The notes under the pieces are model-generated. The model worked only from the letters and a program-made list of their open reading frames with translations, was not told the DNA's origin and made no database searches. This document shows, piece by piece, positions 28,996-40,000 of a stretch of DNA of 64,000 nucleotides (the stretch's first letter is position 1; the number at the start of each line of letters is the position of its first letter). The translations under genes and the position numbers were made by a program. Where the stretch lies: positions 46,835 to 110,834 of the forward strand of contig JAHLWS010000069.1 in assembly GCA_019057795.1 (NCBI GenBank). Direction: 5' to 3'. The stretch is from Promethearchaeota archaeon. GTDB taxonomy: Archaea > Asgardarchaeota > Lokiarchaeia > Sigyniarchaeales > SOKP01.

Positions 28996-29886
28996 GTGAC
29001 AAAATTGGTTATAAGAAAAGCATCACATGCGGGAAGTTGGTACCCTGGCAAAAAAGAAGATTTAATAAAAAACCTTGATTATTTGTTTTCTGATAAAGAG
29101 TTTGGGCCAGGTAAATTACCTGAGACGCTAAACCAAGATAGTAGGACTATAATTGGAGGTGTATCTCCTCATGCGGGATATACCTTTTCTGGAAGATGTG
29201 CCGCCTTTACGTATTTGAACTTATTTAAAGAAAAAATCCCGGATACAGTTATCGTATTAGGGACTGATCATGTTGGCTATGGAAAGGTGGCTCTATTAGG
29301 AGATGGCGCTTGGGAAACGCCTTTAGGAAACTTACTAATTGACGATGAATTATCTAAAAAGATTTTAGATACAAGTGAAATTATTGTTGAAGATCGTTCT
29401 GCCTTCACTGGCTTCATGGAACAAGAACACAATATTGAAATACAATTACCTTTCATTAAATATTGCGCTAAAGATAAAGATGTAAAAATAGTAACGCTAA
29501 AAATTGGAATTAGAAGGGATTATAACATATTTGAGAAAATAGCTTCTGATATATCTGCAGCAATTAAGGCGTTAAATAAAGATATTGTTATTGTAGCATC
29601 GTCTGATATGTCACATAAAGAGGTTTTTGATACAAATCAATTAAGTGAGTTTAAGAAATTTGATCAAGATGTTATTGATGCTTTTATAGAATTAAATCCT
29701 AATAAAACTCTTTCAGCTGCTTCAAAAACAACCGTATGCGGAGCCCAAACAATAACGACTTTAATGTTAATTTGTGAAAAATTAAACGCAACTAAAGGTG
29801 AGTTGTTAAAATATTATACTAGTAGCGATATTAGGGGAGGATATGGATATTGTGTTGGATATTTTTCGGGAATTATAGTAAAATAA
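28996..29886 (+). CDS. amrB: MEMO1/AmmeMemoRadiSam protein B
   Basis: AGSWYP, SPHAGYTFSG, GTDH, WETPLG, EHNIEIQLPF, SSDMSH, VCG, VGYFS. Confidence 0.92.
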   Translation: MTKLVIRKASHAGSWYPGKKEDLIKNLDYLFSDKEFGPGKLPETLNQDSRTIIGGVSPHAGYTFSGRCAAFTYLNLFKEKIPDTVIVLGTDHVGYGKVALLGDGAWETPLGNLLIDDELSKKILDTSEIIVEDRSAFTGFMEQEHNIEIQLPFIKYCAKDKDVKIVTLKIGIRRDYNIFEKIASDISAAIKALNKDIVIVASSDMSHKEVFDTNQLSEFKKFDQDVIDAFIELNPNKTLSAASKTTVCGAQTITTLMLICEKLNATKGELLKYYTSSDIRGGYGYCVGYFSGIIVK

Positions 29887-29922
29887 TATAAAAATAAAAA
29901 AACTAAAATTAAAGAAAAAATT

Positions 29923-31035
29923 TTGAGAAATATGTCAGAGGAAAACGAGGAGAAAGTTGAAGACTTCATCTCTCTTTGGAAAAAAAAAATCACAACAGAA
30001 AATAAATCTTCTGTACTTGGTGAGGCACTAAAAAAAATTGAATCATTACAAAAAGAAAACGAAGATTTAAGAAAAAAAATTGCTACTGATATTAATTTGA
30101 TAACCCGGTCTGAGGAAATCCTTAAAAATATTGTTGCTGAAAAAGAAAAATTAAAAGTAGAGAAAGAAGAGGCAGTAATTGAAATAAACATAAAAGTTAA
30201 CGAATTAGGAGTCGAAAATTCAGAGCTTAGTAGTAAAGTAAAAAGTATGATAAAACTATTGTTAGAAAAGGACGAAGAAATTAAAGCTAAAGATAGTTTA
30301 ATATCTGATCTGCAAAAAACGAGAATTTCTACTTCAGGATCCACAACTCCAGTAAATAATGCGTTGGTTGAGGAGCTGCAATCTGATTTAAATAAAAGAA
30401 AATCTAATGTAACAAATCTAGAGTCAAAAATTTCATTATTATCGGAAGAGATTAACTCACTAAATAAGCAATTAGTTGAAAAAATGAAAAACGAGCCTGT
30501 AGATTATGTACTTCAAGTAGAACCTCCTAAACCTCCAGAACCTCCCGTTATCAAACCGCTCCATCCTGAACCGTCGTTAATGCCGCTTGAAGCGTTATGT
30601 AAAGATCTGCAATTGGATTTAACCAAATATAAACGAGTGATTGATAAATTAACCAAAGAGAAATCGCAACTTAAGAATGCTTTAGAAGAAAAAGGATTCC
30701 AATTTAGCTCTCAAGATTTGGAATCATTGAAAGAAGAAAATGAATCCCTTAAAAAAGATCTTGAAGAAATACAAAGTTCTCTTGAGGTTAAGAAAATAGA
30801 AGCAACGCAGATTGCTACCCAAAACATCGAACAAAAAATCCAAAACCTTGAAAGTAAAATACGAGAAAAGGAAGATGTAATAGCAGACTTAAAATTATCA
30901 CAGATAACCCCAACTACGGTTTCTGCGGGCTCAATGCCAGAATTAGTCGAAAATCTACAGAAAAATATAAACAAATTAAAATCAATTATTGCTGAGAAAG
31001 ACAAAAAGATTTCAGAATTAAGTAAACAAGTTTAG
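29923..31035 (+). CDS. hypothetical long coiled-coil protein with Pro-rich linker
   Basis: 370-aa E/K/L-rich heptads interrupted by PPKPPEPP. Confidence 0.75.
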   Translation: MRNMSEENEEKVEDFISLWKKKITTENKSSVLGEALKKIESLQKENEDLRKKIATDINLITRSEEILKNIVAEKEKLKVEKEEAVIEINIKVNELGVENSELSSKVKSMIKLLLEKDEEIKAKDSLISDLQKTRISTSGSTTPVNNALVEELQSDLNKRKSNVTNLESKISLLSEEINSLNKQLVEKMKNEPVDYVLQVEPPKPPEPPVIKPLHPEPSLMPLEALCKDLQLDLTKYKRVIDKLTKEKSQLKNALEEKGFQFSSQDLESLKEENESLKKDLEEIQSSLEVKKIEATQIATQNIEQKIQNLESKIREKEDVIADLKLSQITPTTVSAGSMPELVENLQKNINKLKSIIAEKDKKISELSKQV

Positions 31036-31208
31036 CAAATGTAGTTAATTGATTTTTTGCAAATTTATTAAGTCTTGTCTCATTTTTAAGAATGAAGTTC
31101 TTTCTTAAATAGATTTTATTTTAAACCATAACCAAAAGTTTCAAATATTATAATTAAGTAAGTTCTTTGTGCGATAAGAAATTAAATGTAGAAAAGATGG
31201 CTATTCAT

Positions 31209-32177
31209 ATGAAAAATTCGTTATCATTTTTATTCATTGGACACATAGCTATCGACAGTATTATTCGATTTAAACAAAAACGAAAACCATCTTTAGGTGG
31301 AAGCGTTACTTTTGGCTCGTTAGGGCTTAGAAAGTATACAAAGTCAACGAAGATTGGTATTATCTCAAATTTAGGAACTTTAAATTTTGATAAATCGTTG
31401 TTAAAACATTTTGATAACAAGTCAATAGATATTAGCGGTGTAAAATCGTTTGAGACCGAGAATACTAATTTTGTATTAGATTATTCAAATCATTCAAGAA
31501 CACTAACCCTCAAATCTCGAAGTCCTAATCTAAGATTCGAAGATATACCTGAATTTTATAAAACAAACCTTCCGAATATTATCGTGTTAGTTCCTTTGTG
31601 TAATGAAGTTTCTTATGAATATGTATCAAAAATATTAGTAGAATTTCCAAATGCTTTTATTGGAATTGATTTGCAAGGATTTATTAGAAATATTGATGAC
31701 GATGGGAAAATATCTTACATCTCAGATGAAGTAATTATTGCTAACATGAAAAAAATAATTAGCTTAATAGGTGATCGATTAATTCTAAAAGGGTCTGAAA
31801 TTGAAATGAAATTATTATCTGGTGAATCAGACCTACAAAAAGTAATGGAATCCTTTAAGAGATTTGAAAATAAAGCTATATTTATCATGACACTGGGAGA
31901 AGGAGGATCAATGATATTAAAGAATGGAGAACAACTATTAAAAATCCCGGCTTTTAAACCAAAAACGGTTGTAGATGAAACTGGAGCAGGCGATGTATAT
32001 CTAGCAATTTTTATATATGAACTAATCAATTCTGATAAGTCATGGAAAGCGGTTGAAAGTGCAGGATACATCGCATCAGCGGCAGCATCTTTTTTGATTG
32101 AAAAGAAAGGCCCAACGGGAGTCGAAACGAAAAATAAAGTTTTAAAAAGGTTAGAAAATAAAAATTATATCAACTAA
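31209..32177 (+). CDS. PfkB/ribokinase family carbohydrate kinase
   Basis: GHIAID, LGGS, TLGEGGS, DETGAGDVY signature. ORF-track start is 31167. Confidence 0.9.
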   Translation: MKNSLSFLFIGHIAIDSIIRFKQKRKPSLGGSVTFGSLGLRKYTKSTKIGIISNLGTLNFDKSLLKHFDNKSIDISGVKSFETENTNFVLDYSNHSRTLTLKSRSPNLRFEDIPEFYKTNLPNIIVLVPLCNEVSYEYVSKILVEFPNAFIGIDLQGFIRNIDDDGKISYISDEVIIANMKKIISLIGDRLILKGSEIEMKLLSGESDLQKVMESFKRFENKAIFIMTLGEGGSMILKNGEQLLKIPAFKPKTVVDETGAGDVYLAIFIYELINSDKSWKAVESAGYIASAAASFLIEKKGPTGVETKNKVLKRLENKNYIN

Positions 32178-32197
32178 TTCACTTTAAGTATAATAAC

Positions 32198-32791
32198 ATG
32201 CATATTAATTCACATTTTGCTGTAGGAATAATCTTTAGTTCAATATTGAATTACTTTTTCAATTTTTCTTTGTTTGAATATTTCCTCATCGTTTTACTTT
32301 CTTTTATCTGTGATTTCGACGTTTTATTTTCTCAATTTGCTAAAAATCATAATCACAGAATGCTTATTTCACATTCAATAATACCTAGTTTCTTTATCAT
32401 CGTAATTGGAGTAATTACTAATTGGCCCGCATTGTTCTTCAGTGGTATCGCATATTCTACGCATATCGTTATAGATACTTTTGATTGGGGTACAAATTTT
32501 TTCTACTTTCAAAAAAAACAAGTTGGATTAAAACTATTAATATCAAAAGAAGAATTTAACAATCTTCCTAAATACTTGGCTAAATATAAAAAACCCGAAT
32601 CCTTTTTTGATGAAAAATATTATAGTAGTAAGATTTGTTTAGGAATTGAAGTTATTTTATTTGTACTTATGGTAATATTTATGATTATTTTTGCGTTTCA
32701 ATATATTTTTCTTATATTCATTTATTTTATTTTTTTATGTTTCCATTTGTATAGACACTTTCGATTAACAAGAACTGAATCTTCAGATTAA
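32198..32791 (+). CDS. membrane-bound metal-dependent hydrolase (YdjM-like)
   Basis: SHFAVG, DFD, HR..ISHS and HIVID motifs plus TM helices. Confidence 0.8.
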   Translation: MHINSHFAVGIIFSSILNYFFNFSLFEYFLIVLLSFICDFDVLFSQFAKNHNHRMLISHSIIPSFFIIVIGVITNWPALFFSGIAYSTHIVIDTFDWGTNFFYFQKKQVGLKLLISKEEFNNLPKYLAKYKKPESFFDEKYYSSKICLGIEVILFVLMVIFMIIFAFQYIFLIFIYFIFLCFHLYRHFRLTRTESSD

Positions 32792-32937
32792 TTTTAGTCA
32801 GAATATAATCGATTCCTACACCTTATAAATTAAATGAAAAAAATTTAAGAGTTAAATGTTAGTTTTAAATTATATCCCACAAAGTGGATGCAAATTAAAC
32901 TAACAACCTAAAAAATTTAATAAAAATGTGATCTTAT

Positions 32938-33375
32938 ATGTCTGAAGGAATGAAAACCAAAGTTGGATTGTCTTTAGAACAAGAAATGATATTCTCGTGC
33001 GACCTTGGGGATATGAAAGTAAAAGATTGCTATGTGGACGATACAAATAAGGATGAGGTTGACATGCTTGGCCCTAATCCTACAAGAATGTTAGGATTAG
33101 CCTTATTAGGATGTTTGAGCGCCAGTTTTATCTTTTGTTTAAAAAAAAGAAATCTTACTTTAGATGATTTGAAAGCTGAAGCAGAACTAACAATTACTCG
33201 AAACAAAAAAGGTTTCTGGAGAGTTAAAAAGATCGATGTCAATATTGATATTAAAATTAGCGATCCTGACACTCGTAAAAGAGCAGATCAATGTAGAAAG
33301 ATGTTCGAAGAATACTGTATTGTAACTCAAGCCGTTCGAGAAGGTATTGATGTTGAAGTGAACGTTAATTATTAA
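32938..33375 (+). CDS. OsmC family protein
   Basis: GPNPTRMLGLALLGC...FEEYCIVTQAVREG (two catalytic Cys). Confidence 0.9.
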   Translation: MSEGMKTKVGLSLEQEMIFSCDLGDMKVKDCYVDDTNKDEVDMLGPNPTRMLGLALLGCLSASFIFCLKKRNLTLDDLKAEAELTITRNKKGFWRVKKIDVNIDIKISDPDTRKRADQCRKMFEEYCIVTQAVREGIDVEVNVNY

Positions 33376-33452
33376 TTTTATTTATTATTTCTTTATAACT
33401 TTTTAAATGCGTGTATAAATTATTTTTTTGAATAATAAATTAAGTGCATAAT

Positions 33453-34451
33453 TTAATCGGTTATACCACCATCAGTTATTGAGAATACAGCTTCTCCTTC
33501 GGGTAAATGGGGTGCATCAACCATTTTTGCTACTCTCTGTTCTCCTTTTCCCTTTCTTAAATAAATTCTTATCGTAGCACCGTGGGCCATAATATGTCCT
33601 CCAGTATGAGTTGTTGGGTTTCCATAAAAAACATCAGGTTTTGAAGAAACTTGGTTTGTAATCATTATTGCCAACTCGTCAAATATTTCTGTTAACCTTA
33701 ATAAATCATGTATGTGAGTGTTGAGTATTTGTTGTCGATTTGCCAAAGTGCCCCTCCCGACATATTCGCTTCGAAAGTGCCCAATTATTGAATCTACAAC
33801 GATTAGTTTGATATTCTTTTCTTTAATTATCTTTGAAGCTTCTTGTGCTAGCAGGACTTGGTGATCAGAATTATAAGCTCTCCCAACAGTAATATTCCGT
33901 AAAACTTGATTATGATCTAAATCTTTTCCTTCGGCCATTTGGACTATTCTTTCAGGTCTAAAAGTTCCTTCCGAATCGATATAAAGGGCATTACCTTCAA
34001 GACCTCCTTCTTCGTAGGGTAATTGAACATTTACACAGAGTTGGTGCGCAATTTGGGTTTTTCCCGTCCTATATTCTCCATAAAACTCAGTTAAAGCACC
34101 CGGTTCAATCCCCCCTGCTAATAATTCATCTAATGTATGACTACTTGTTGTTAACCGATTCAAATGCTTTCTTTTTTCCCATATAATGTCAGCGCTTTTA
34201 AATCCCATTTTTTCAATGTCTTGAGCAGCTTTAACAATTTTTTGAGCAGTTTTTTCTCCAATTCCTGCTTTCTCCATTAATTTAGCAATTGGATAAATTG
34301 CAAGATATTTGATCGAGATAATTCCTGCGTCCTTTAACTTTTTTATCGTAACATCTCCTACTCCCGGTAAATCCTTTAGTTCGTATTTTACATCCGTTTT
34401 TATTGCGTCTTCACTGCTATTTTCTTTTAAATCAACTTTTTTTTTTGCCAT
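33453..34451 (-). CDS. radA: DNA repair and recombination protein RadA
   Basis: HhH LKDLPGVG, GFKSA polymerisation motif, GEYRTGKTQ, YIDSEGTFRPER, FRSEYVGRGTLANRQQ, DAPHLPEGEA. ORF-track start is 34466. Confidence 0.96.
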   Translation of the reverse strand: MAKKKVDLKENSSEDAIKTDVKYELKDLPGVGDVTIKKLKDAGIISIKYLAIYPIAKLMEKAGIGEKTAQKIVKAAQDIEKMGFKSADIIWEKRKHLNRLTTSSHTLDELLAGGIEPGALTEFYGEYRTGKTQIAHQLCVNVQLPYEEGGLEGNALYIDSEGTFRPERIVQMAEGKDLDHNQVLRNITVGRAYNSDHQVLLAQEASKIIKEKNIKLIVVDSIIGHFRSEYVGRGTLANRQQILNTHIHDLLRLTEIFDELAIMITNQVSSKPDVFYGNPTTHTGGHIMAHGATIRIYLRKGKGEQRVAKMVDAPHLPEGEAVFSITDGGITD

Positions 34452-34558
34452 GATTTTACCAATCACAAAATTAGTTTAATTTAAATTATAATGTCAATAA
34501 TGTATTGTCCAATATATATAAAAATAATAACAAAAAAATAAAAAATATAAAGTTATTT

Positions 34559-35242
34559 TTATTTCTGAACTTCCTTGCCGCTCTTAGTTATTAGTAGTAG
34601 TAGAATAAATAATAGCACACTCATAAGAAATGTCAATAATGCCATCGCTCCCGGCAACCAAACGAAGCTTAAATAGAGAAAAGGGGGGATAAATAAACCA
34701 ATAACGATAATAAATACCGGTAAGGGCACGTCCTCACCCTTTAGATCTACGAGTAATGGAACAATTACTAATCCAATCAAAATAGATATTGTAACTCTAA
34801 AAGCAATCAATATGGTGGAGTTTACCCAACTTTCAATTCCAAAAGTATCTGTGTAAGTGTCCGGTAAATAAAAAAACCAATATTCAGTAGTGTTAGTTTG
34901 CATTGCAGTAATAGAAACTGGTAAAATCGCAGTAAGAATTAATTGTATTATAATTGCTAAGACCAAGTATAAAACAATATCATTAATTTCCTTTTTCTCT
35001 TTTGTTACGCCATATAAATCTCGTAATAAACAGAAAATCCAAAGAATAAATAATACTAAATATACGCCAAGAGCATCAAATTGAAGAAACCATAAGACAT
35101 TAATGGGTATTAGAGCCACGATGTACGCTAGATAACCATATCTTTCGTTCCTTTTGAATAGATCGAAAAATAAAAAAATTCCATATATTATAAAAAGTGT
35201 AGCCACAATGATTGTAGCATTTATTACTTCATATTCAGCCAC
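34559..35242 (-). CDS. hypothetical multi-pass membrane protein
   Basis: 227 aa with about 7 hydrophobic segments. Confidence 0.75.
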   Translation of the reverse strand: MAEYEVINATIIVATLFIIYGIFLFFDLFKRNERYGYLAYIVALIPINVLWFLQFDALGVYLVLFILWIFCLLRDLYGVTKEKKEINDIVLYLVLAIIIQLILTAILPVSITAMQTNTTEYWFFYLPDTYTDTFGIESWVNSTILIAFRVTISILIGLVIVPLLVDLKGEDVPLPVFIIVIGLFIPPFLYLSFVWLPGAMALLTFLMSVLLFILLLLITKSGKEVQK

Positions 35243-35373
35243 TATTAAAACTTCCCTTTTAATTAATTATTTTAATTTTATTAATAAGTATATAACAACA
35301 TATTATTTTAAATATAATTCCATTAGAAAGGATTTAAGTTTTAAAATAGTTTATTTTTTCTCCTTCTGATTTA

Positions 35374-36759
35374 TTATAGTTTCGAAATTATTTCAGATAA
35401 CTCATTTACCATTTTTATTGATTTGTTCTTATCTTCTGACTCTGCCGATAACAGGATTGCATTTCTGTTTAAGGCTACTTTAATGTTTACATACACATCT
35501 TCACCAATAATTTTTAACTCATTTATGATATCTTGGTACTTTAATTCGTGTTCATCGACGAATTCAATTAACCTATTATGAATGGTTTCTATGATTTCTG
35601 CTGGTACGGGTATTGTTTTATTAACTTTTATCCCAGTAGGAAAACCAATTGTAAGAGAACTAATTAAATCTTTTTGGTGTGCCATTATTTCTAAAATTTT
35701 CAACAGAATATAATTTCCGTCTGAAAATGGTGCATAATGTGGAAAATAAAATTTAAGCGACTCAGAGGCGGCAAAACAAGCTCTCTCTTGTCTAATTTGC
35801 CTTGAAAGCTCTCCTGGATAATTCTCTACAAGTTTAGTTGGATGTCCACTTTCTTCTATAAAACCTTTAACGACGGGAGAAATCGAGGGTGTTAGAATAA
35901 CCGTACTATTTCTAGATTTTTGAATTCTCTCATCATGTGCAACAAATAACATTAATAAATTTTCATAGCTAATTTCTAATCCATTTTCATCCACTACTAA
36001 TATCCTTGATCCATCGACGTCAAAACACACTCCTAAATGGCTATTTGAGGCTTTTACGATGTCCGCAGTATTTTTTATGGTATTTATACTTGGGACGGGT
36101 ACTAAAGATCTTTCCCGGTAATGAGTGTTTAGCGCAATTACTTCAACTCCTATTTCGTTAATTAATATTGGAGTAATATTTCCAGTTGGACTAAATGAGC
36201 AATCAACTACTATCTTTAAACGCGCTTCTTTTATTATTTTTTTATTAACAAATTGTTCTAATGATTTGATGTACACATCTTGAGTTTGAGGGATCGCAAT
36301 TATGCGCCCTATCCTTCGCGGTTCTGCCCGCCTAATTTGCGCGGGGAAATTGCGGTATGAATCAATGATTTTTTTTATATCGACAAGGGACAATTCAATT
36401 CCTCCAGCATCTACAAATCTAATACCCACATCTTCGCTATATAGATGTCCTCCTGAAAAATATGCCCCTCCACTTGCTCCAAATCTTCTAATCGTAAATT
36501 CTAATAAAGGAAATGTGCAACTGGAAAGATTTAAAACATTTACTCCTGTACTCATAACACCCGAAGTATATGCTCTTTTTAACATGCGGCTGTCGTTATG
36601 GTAATCGCGTCCAATTACGATTGTTTCATCTAATTGAAATGAACTTCCATGAATAGATCCAATAGAGCTGGCTATTTCAGGAGTAAATATATAATTTGCT
36701 CTTCCTACAATTCGTCCGTTTTTGTTCAGTTCATCTAGATTTTGGACGCGCGCACACAT
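35374..36759 (-). CDS. phosphomannomutase/phosphoglucomutase-like protein with degenerate active site
   Basis: alpha-D-phosphohexomutase fold motifs (IGRD...SRMLK, KIVVDC, FDVDGSR), but TASH is replaced by SGGH and DxDxD by DVDGS. Confidence 0.82.
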   Translation of the reverse strand: MCARVQNLDELNKNGRIVGRANYIFTPEIASSIGSIHGSSFQLDETIVIGRDYHNDSRMLKRAYTSGVMSTGVNVLNLSSCTFPLLEFTIRRFGASGGAYFSGGHLYSEDVGIRFVDAGGIELSLVDIKKIIDSYRNFPAQIRRAEPRRIGRIIAIPQTQDVYIKSLEQFVNKKIIKEARLKIVVDCSFSPTGNITPILINEIGVEVIALNTHYRERSLVPVPSINTIKNTADIVKASNSHLGVCFDVDGSRILVVDENGLEISYENLLMLFVAHDERIQKSRNSTVILTPSISPVVKGFIEESGHPTKLVENYPGELSRQIRQERACFAASESLKFYFPHYAPFSDGNYILLKILEIMAHQKDLISSLTIGFPTGIKVNKTIPVPAEIIETIHNRLIEFVDEHELKYQDIINELKIIGEDVYVNIKVALNRNAILLSAESEDKNKSIKMVNELSEIISKL

Positions 36760-37015
36760 TTCACATCATTATAATTTCGTTTTAAAAAAAATAATTAAAA
36801 AACTAATTAATATACCTAGTTTTGATTTAATAACTTTAACTGTTAAAAATTAGGAATGATTTATGTTATTAAATATTATCAAAAAATTAGTAATTTCGAA
36901 TTAGTTAAACTCGATTATCGCTCCCTTTTAGAATGAAATCTTTTAATAACTGTTCATTAGATAATTAATATTAACAGAAAATAAAAAAATTCTAAGGCAA
37001 AAAAGTGAAATACCT

Positions 37016-40000
37016 ATGAAAATTTCGAGAGATGCAAGAAATCGATATATATTTGATGAATTCAAATTTTCTGAAAATGGAAGTATTGAATTTGATGGTG
37101 ATATACATTTAGTTAGATTATTTGTGCAGAAATTGAATCAAAAGAAAGACTTAGTAAATTATCCAGAAATGGCAATCCGAATAGGAGAATTTAACGGGAT
37201 GGCCTTAATATATGAAATTAAAAAATATTTGCTTGATTTGTATAAAGAAGAAACAAAGAATCCATCTTTAAACCGTGAACTTTTTGATTACTTGAAAAAA
37301 AGAATAGGGGCTCCTAAACTTAATATTGCAATTTACTCATTAATCGAAGAATTTCCTCCCGAAAGTATCTATCATCAAGAGAAAGTTGATATCGATCAAT
37401 TCTTGAAAGAAAAAATTGATGGTGTTGAAAATGAAATCCAATTTGTTGAGGAATTTTTAAATCTATGGCTTGGAAATATAAACCCTTCTTTCTCACCATA
37501 CATTGAACTCTTCGATGATGGTTTGCTAGAAAAGAAGACGGTATACAGGGAAATAATTAACGAAACAAAGGAATTTTTCAATGGTAAATCTAAATTTGGT
37601 CCAAATAATCAAAATTTAATTGAGATGTTAAATGAGCCTACACTCAAATATCCACATTCAATTCGCGAACAATTAGAATATATACATGAGCATTGGGGCG
37701 AACAATTAGGGAAATATTTATTTAGAATCTTGGTCGCCATCGATATTATACGAGAAGAAGAGATGCTAAGAGGATTAGGACCTGGTAAGTCAAAAGCTTA
37801 TGAATACGACATAATGGAGCTTGAAAATTACACTCGCGATAAAGAATGGATGCCTAAAGTTGTGATGATCGCTAAGAATGTTTATGTTTGGATGGACCAA
37901 CTTTCTAAAAAGTATCAAAGATCTATAACAAAGCTATATGAAATACCAAATGAAGAATTAGATCAATTAAAGGAATGGGGGTTTACAGGACTTTGGCTTA
38001 TTGGACTATGGGAAAGAAGTCAGGCATCTAAAACAATTAAACGTTGGTGCGGCAATCCAGAAGCGGAAGCTAGCGCTTATTCCACGTACGATTACGCAAT
38101 CGCGCATGACTTAGGTGGTTACGAATCCTATAAAAATTTAAGAGATAGAGCAATGGCGAGGGGTATCCGTCTTGCTTGTGATATGGTTCCAAACCATACG
38201 GGCATCGTTTCAAAATGGATAATAGAACATCCTGATTGGTACATTTCTTTACACTATCCTCCATTTCCTTCTTATAGTTTTTCAGGAGAAAATTTATCTG
38301 GTGATCCTAATAAAGGGATATTTTTAGAAGACAAATATTTTTCTAGAACTGATGCTGCAGTTACGTTTAAACATGTAGACTTTAGAACGGGAGAAATTAA
38401 ATATATTTACCACGGAAATGACGGAACTAGTTTTCCGTGGAATGATACCGCTCAATTAAACTTTTTGGAGCCTGAAGTGAGAGAGGCAGTTATACAAACC
38501 ATACTTCATGTTTCCAGAATGTTTCCAATTATTCGTTTTGATGCTGCTATGACACTTACGAGAAAGCATTATCAACGTTTGTGGTTTCCAGAACCGGGAA
38601 CTGGAGGGGCTATTCCTTCAAGAGCTGAACAAGGCATATCAAAAGAAGATTTCTATAAAGCAATGCCGAAGGAGTTTTGGCGTGAAGTTGTAGATAGGAT
38701 CAATAAAGAAAACCCAGACACTTTACTATTAGCAGAAGCATTCTGGCTGCTTGAAGGATTCTTTGTGAGAACTCTAGGAATGCATCGTGTATATAATTCT
38801 GCCTTTATGAATATGCTTCGCGACGAAGATAACGCTATGTACCGATTAGTCTTAAAAAACACTTTAGAATTTGATCCTGAAATTCTTAAACGATTTGTTA
38901 ATTTCATGAATAATCCAGACGAAGAAACTGCTATTAAACAATTTGGAGATGGCGGTAAATATTTCGGTGTTTGCTTAATGCTCATAACTATGCCTGGCTT
39001 ACCAATGTTTGGACACGGTCAAATAGAAGGATTTCATGAAAAATACGGCATGGAATATAGACGTGCTTATTGGGATGAAACGGTTAATTTGGGTTTACTT
39101 CAACGGCACGAAGATATAATTTTTCCTATAATAAAGAAACGCTACTTATTTGCTAATGTGAATAATTTTTTATTATATGATTTTTGGAGTGGTAATGTGG
39201 TTAATGAAGATGTATTTGCTTACTCAAACAGAGTTAATAATGAACGAGCTTTGGTTATTTATCACAATAAGTTCGCTGAAACAAAAGGTTTTGTTAAAAA
39301 TTCAGTTGGATTTGCTGATAAACTAACAGAAGATAAAGTTGTAATTCAAAAAACTTTAATAGACGGTTTAGCCTTACCTAAAGAGGGATATTGCATCTTT
39401 AAAGATTATCTAACTGGGTTAGAGTATATTAGACGAAATAGAGACCTACATGAACAAGGGTTGTATTTAGAGCTTCAAGCATATCAAATGTTTTTATTTA
39501 TGGACTTCCAATTAGTCCAAGATAATGAATTTTTTCACTATGCTCAATTGTATGATTTATTAGGGGGAAAAGGAGTTTATAATATTAATGAAACTCTGCA
39601 CGAGATAATCTATCAACCATTACACGAGAAATTTAGAGAAATAGTTAATACACCTAATTTTAAAAATTTATTAAACCCTCAAAAAACAGAACAGGTAATA
39701 GAAGCTATTAGCGATAAATTAAATTCATTTTTAATAGAAGTTAAAAACTATTCTTCGAGTAAAAAAGACGTTACAAGAGTTAAAAGAGAAATAATTGAAA
39801 AATTAAAAGCAATATCGAGATTGGAACAAAATTTAAAACATATAAAAGTTAATCAGGAATTAACATTTATTTATGAGAAAATACTTCCTAATTCTGAATT
39901 TGAATGGGGGATCCTCTTATCTTGGCTATTTATTCATCAATTAGGAAGGGTAGTTTCAGATAAAAATTATGAACTGCAAAGTCGTAGTTGGTTTGACGAA

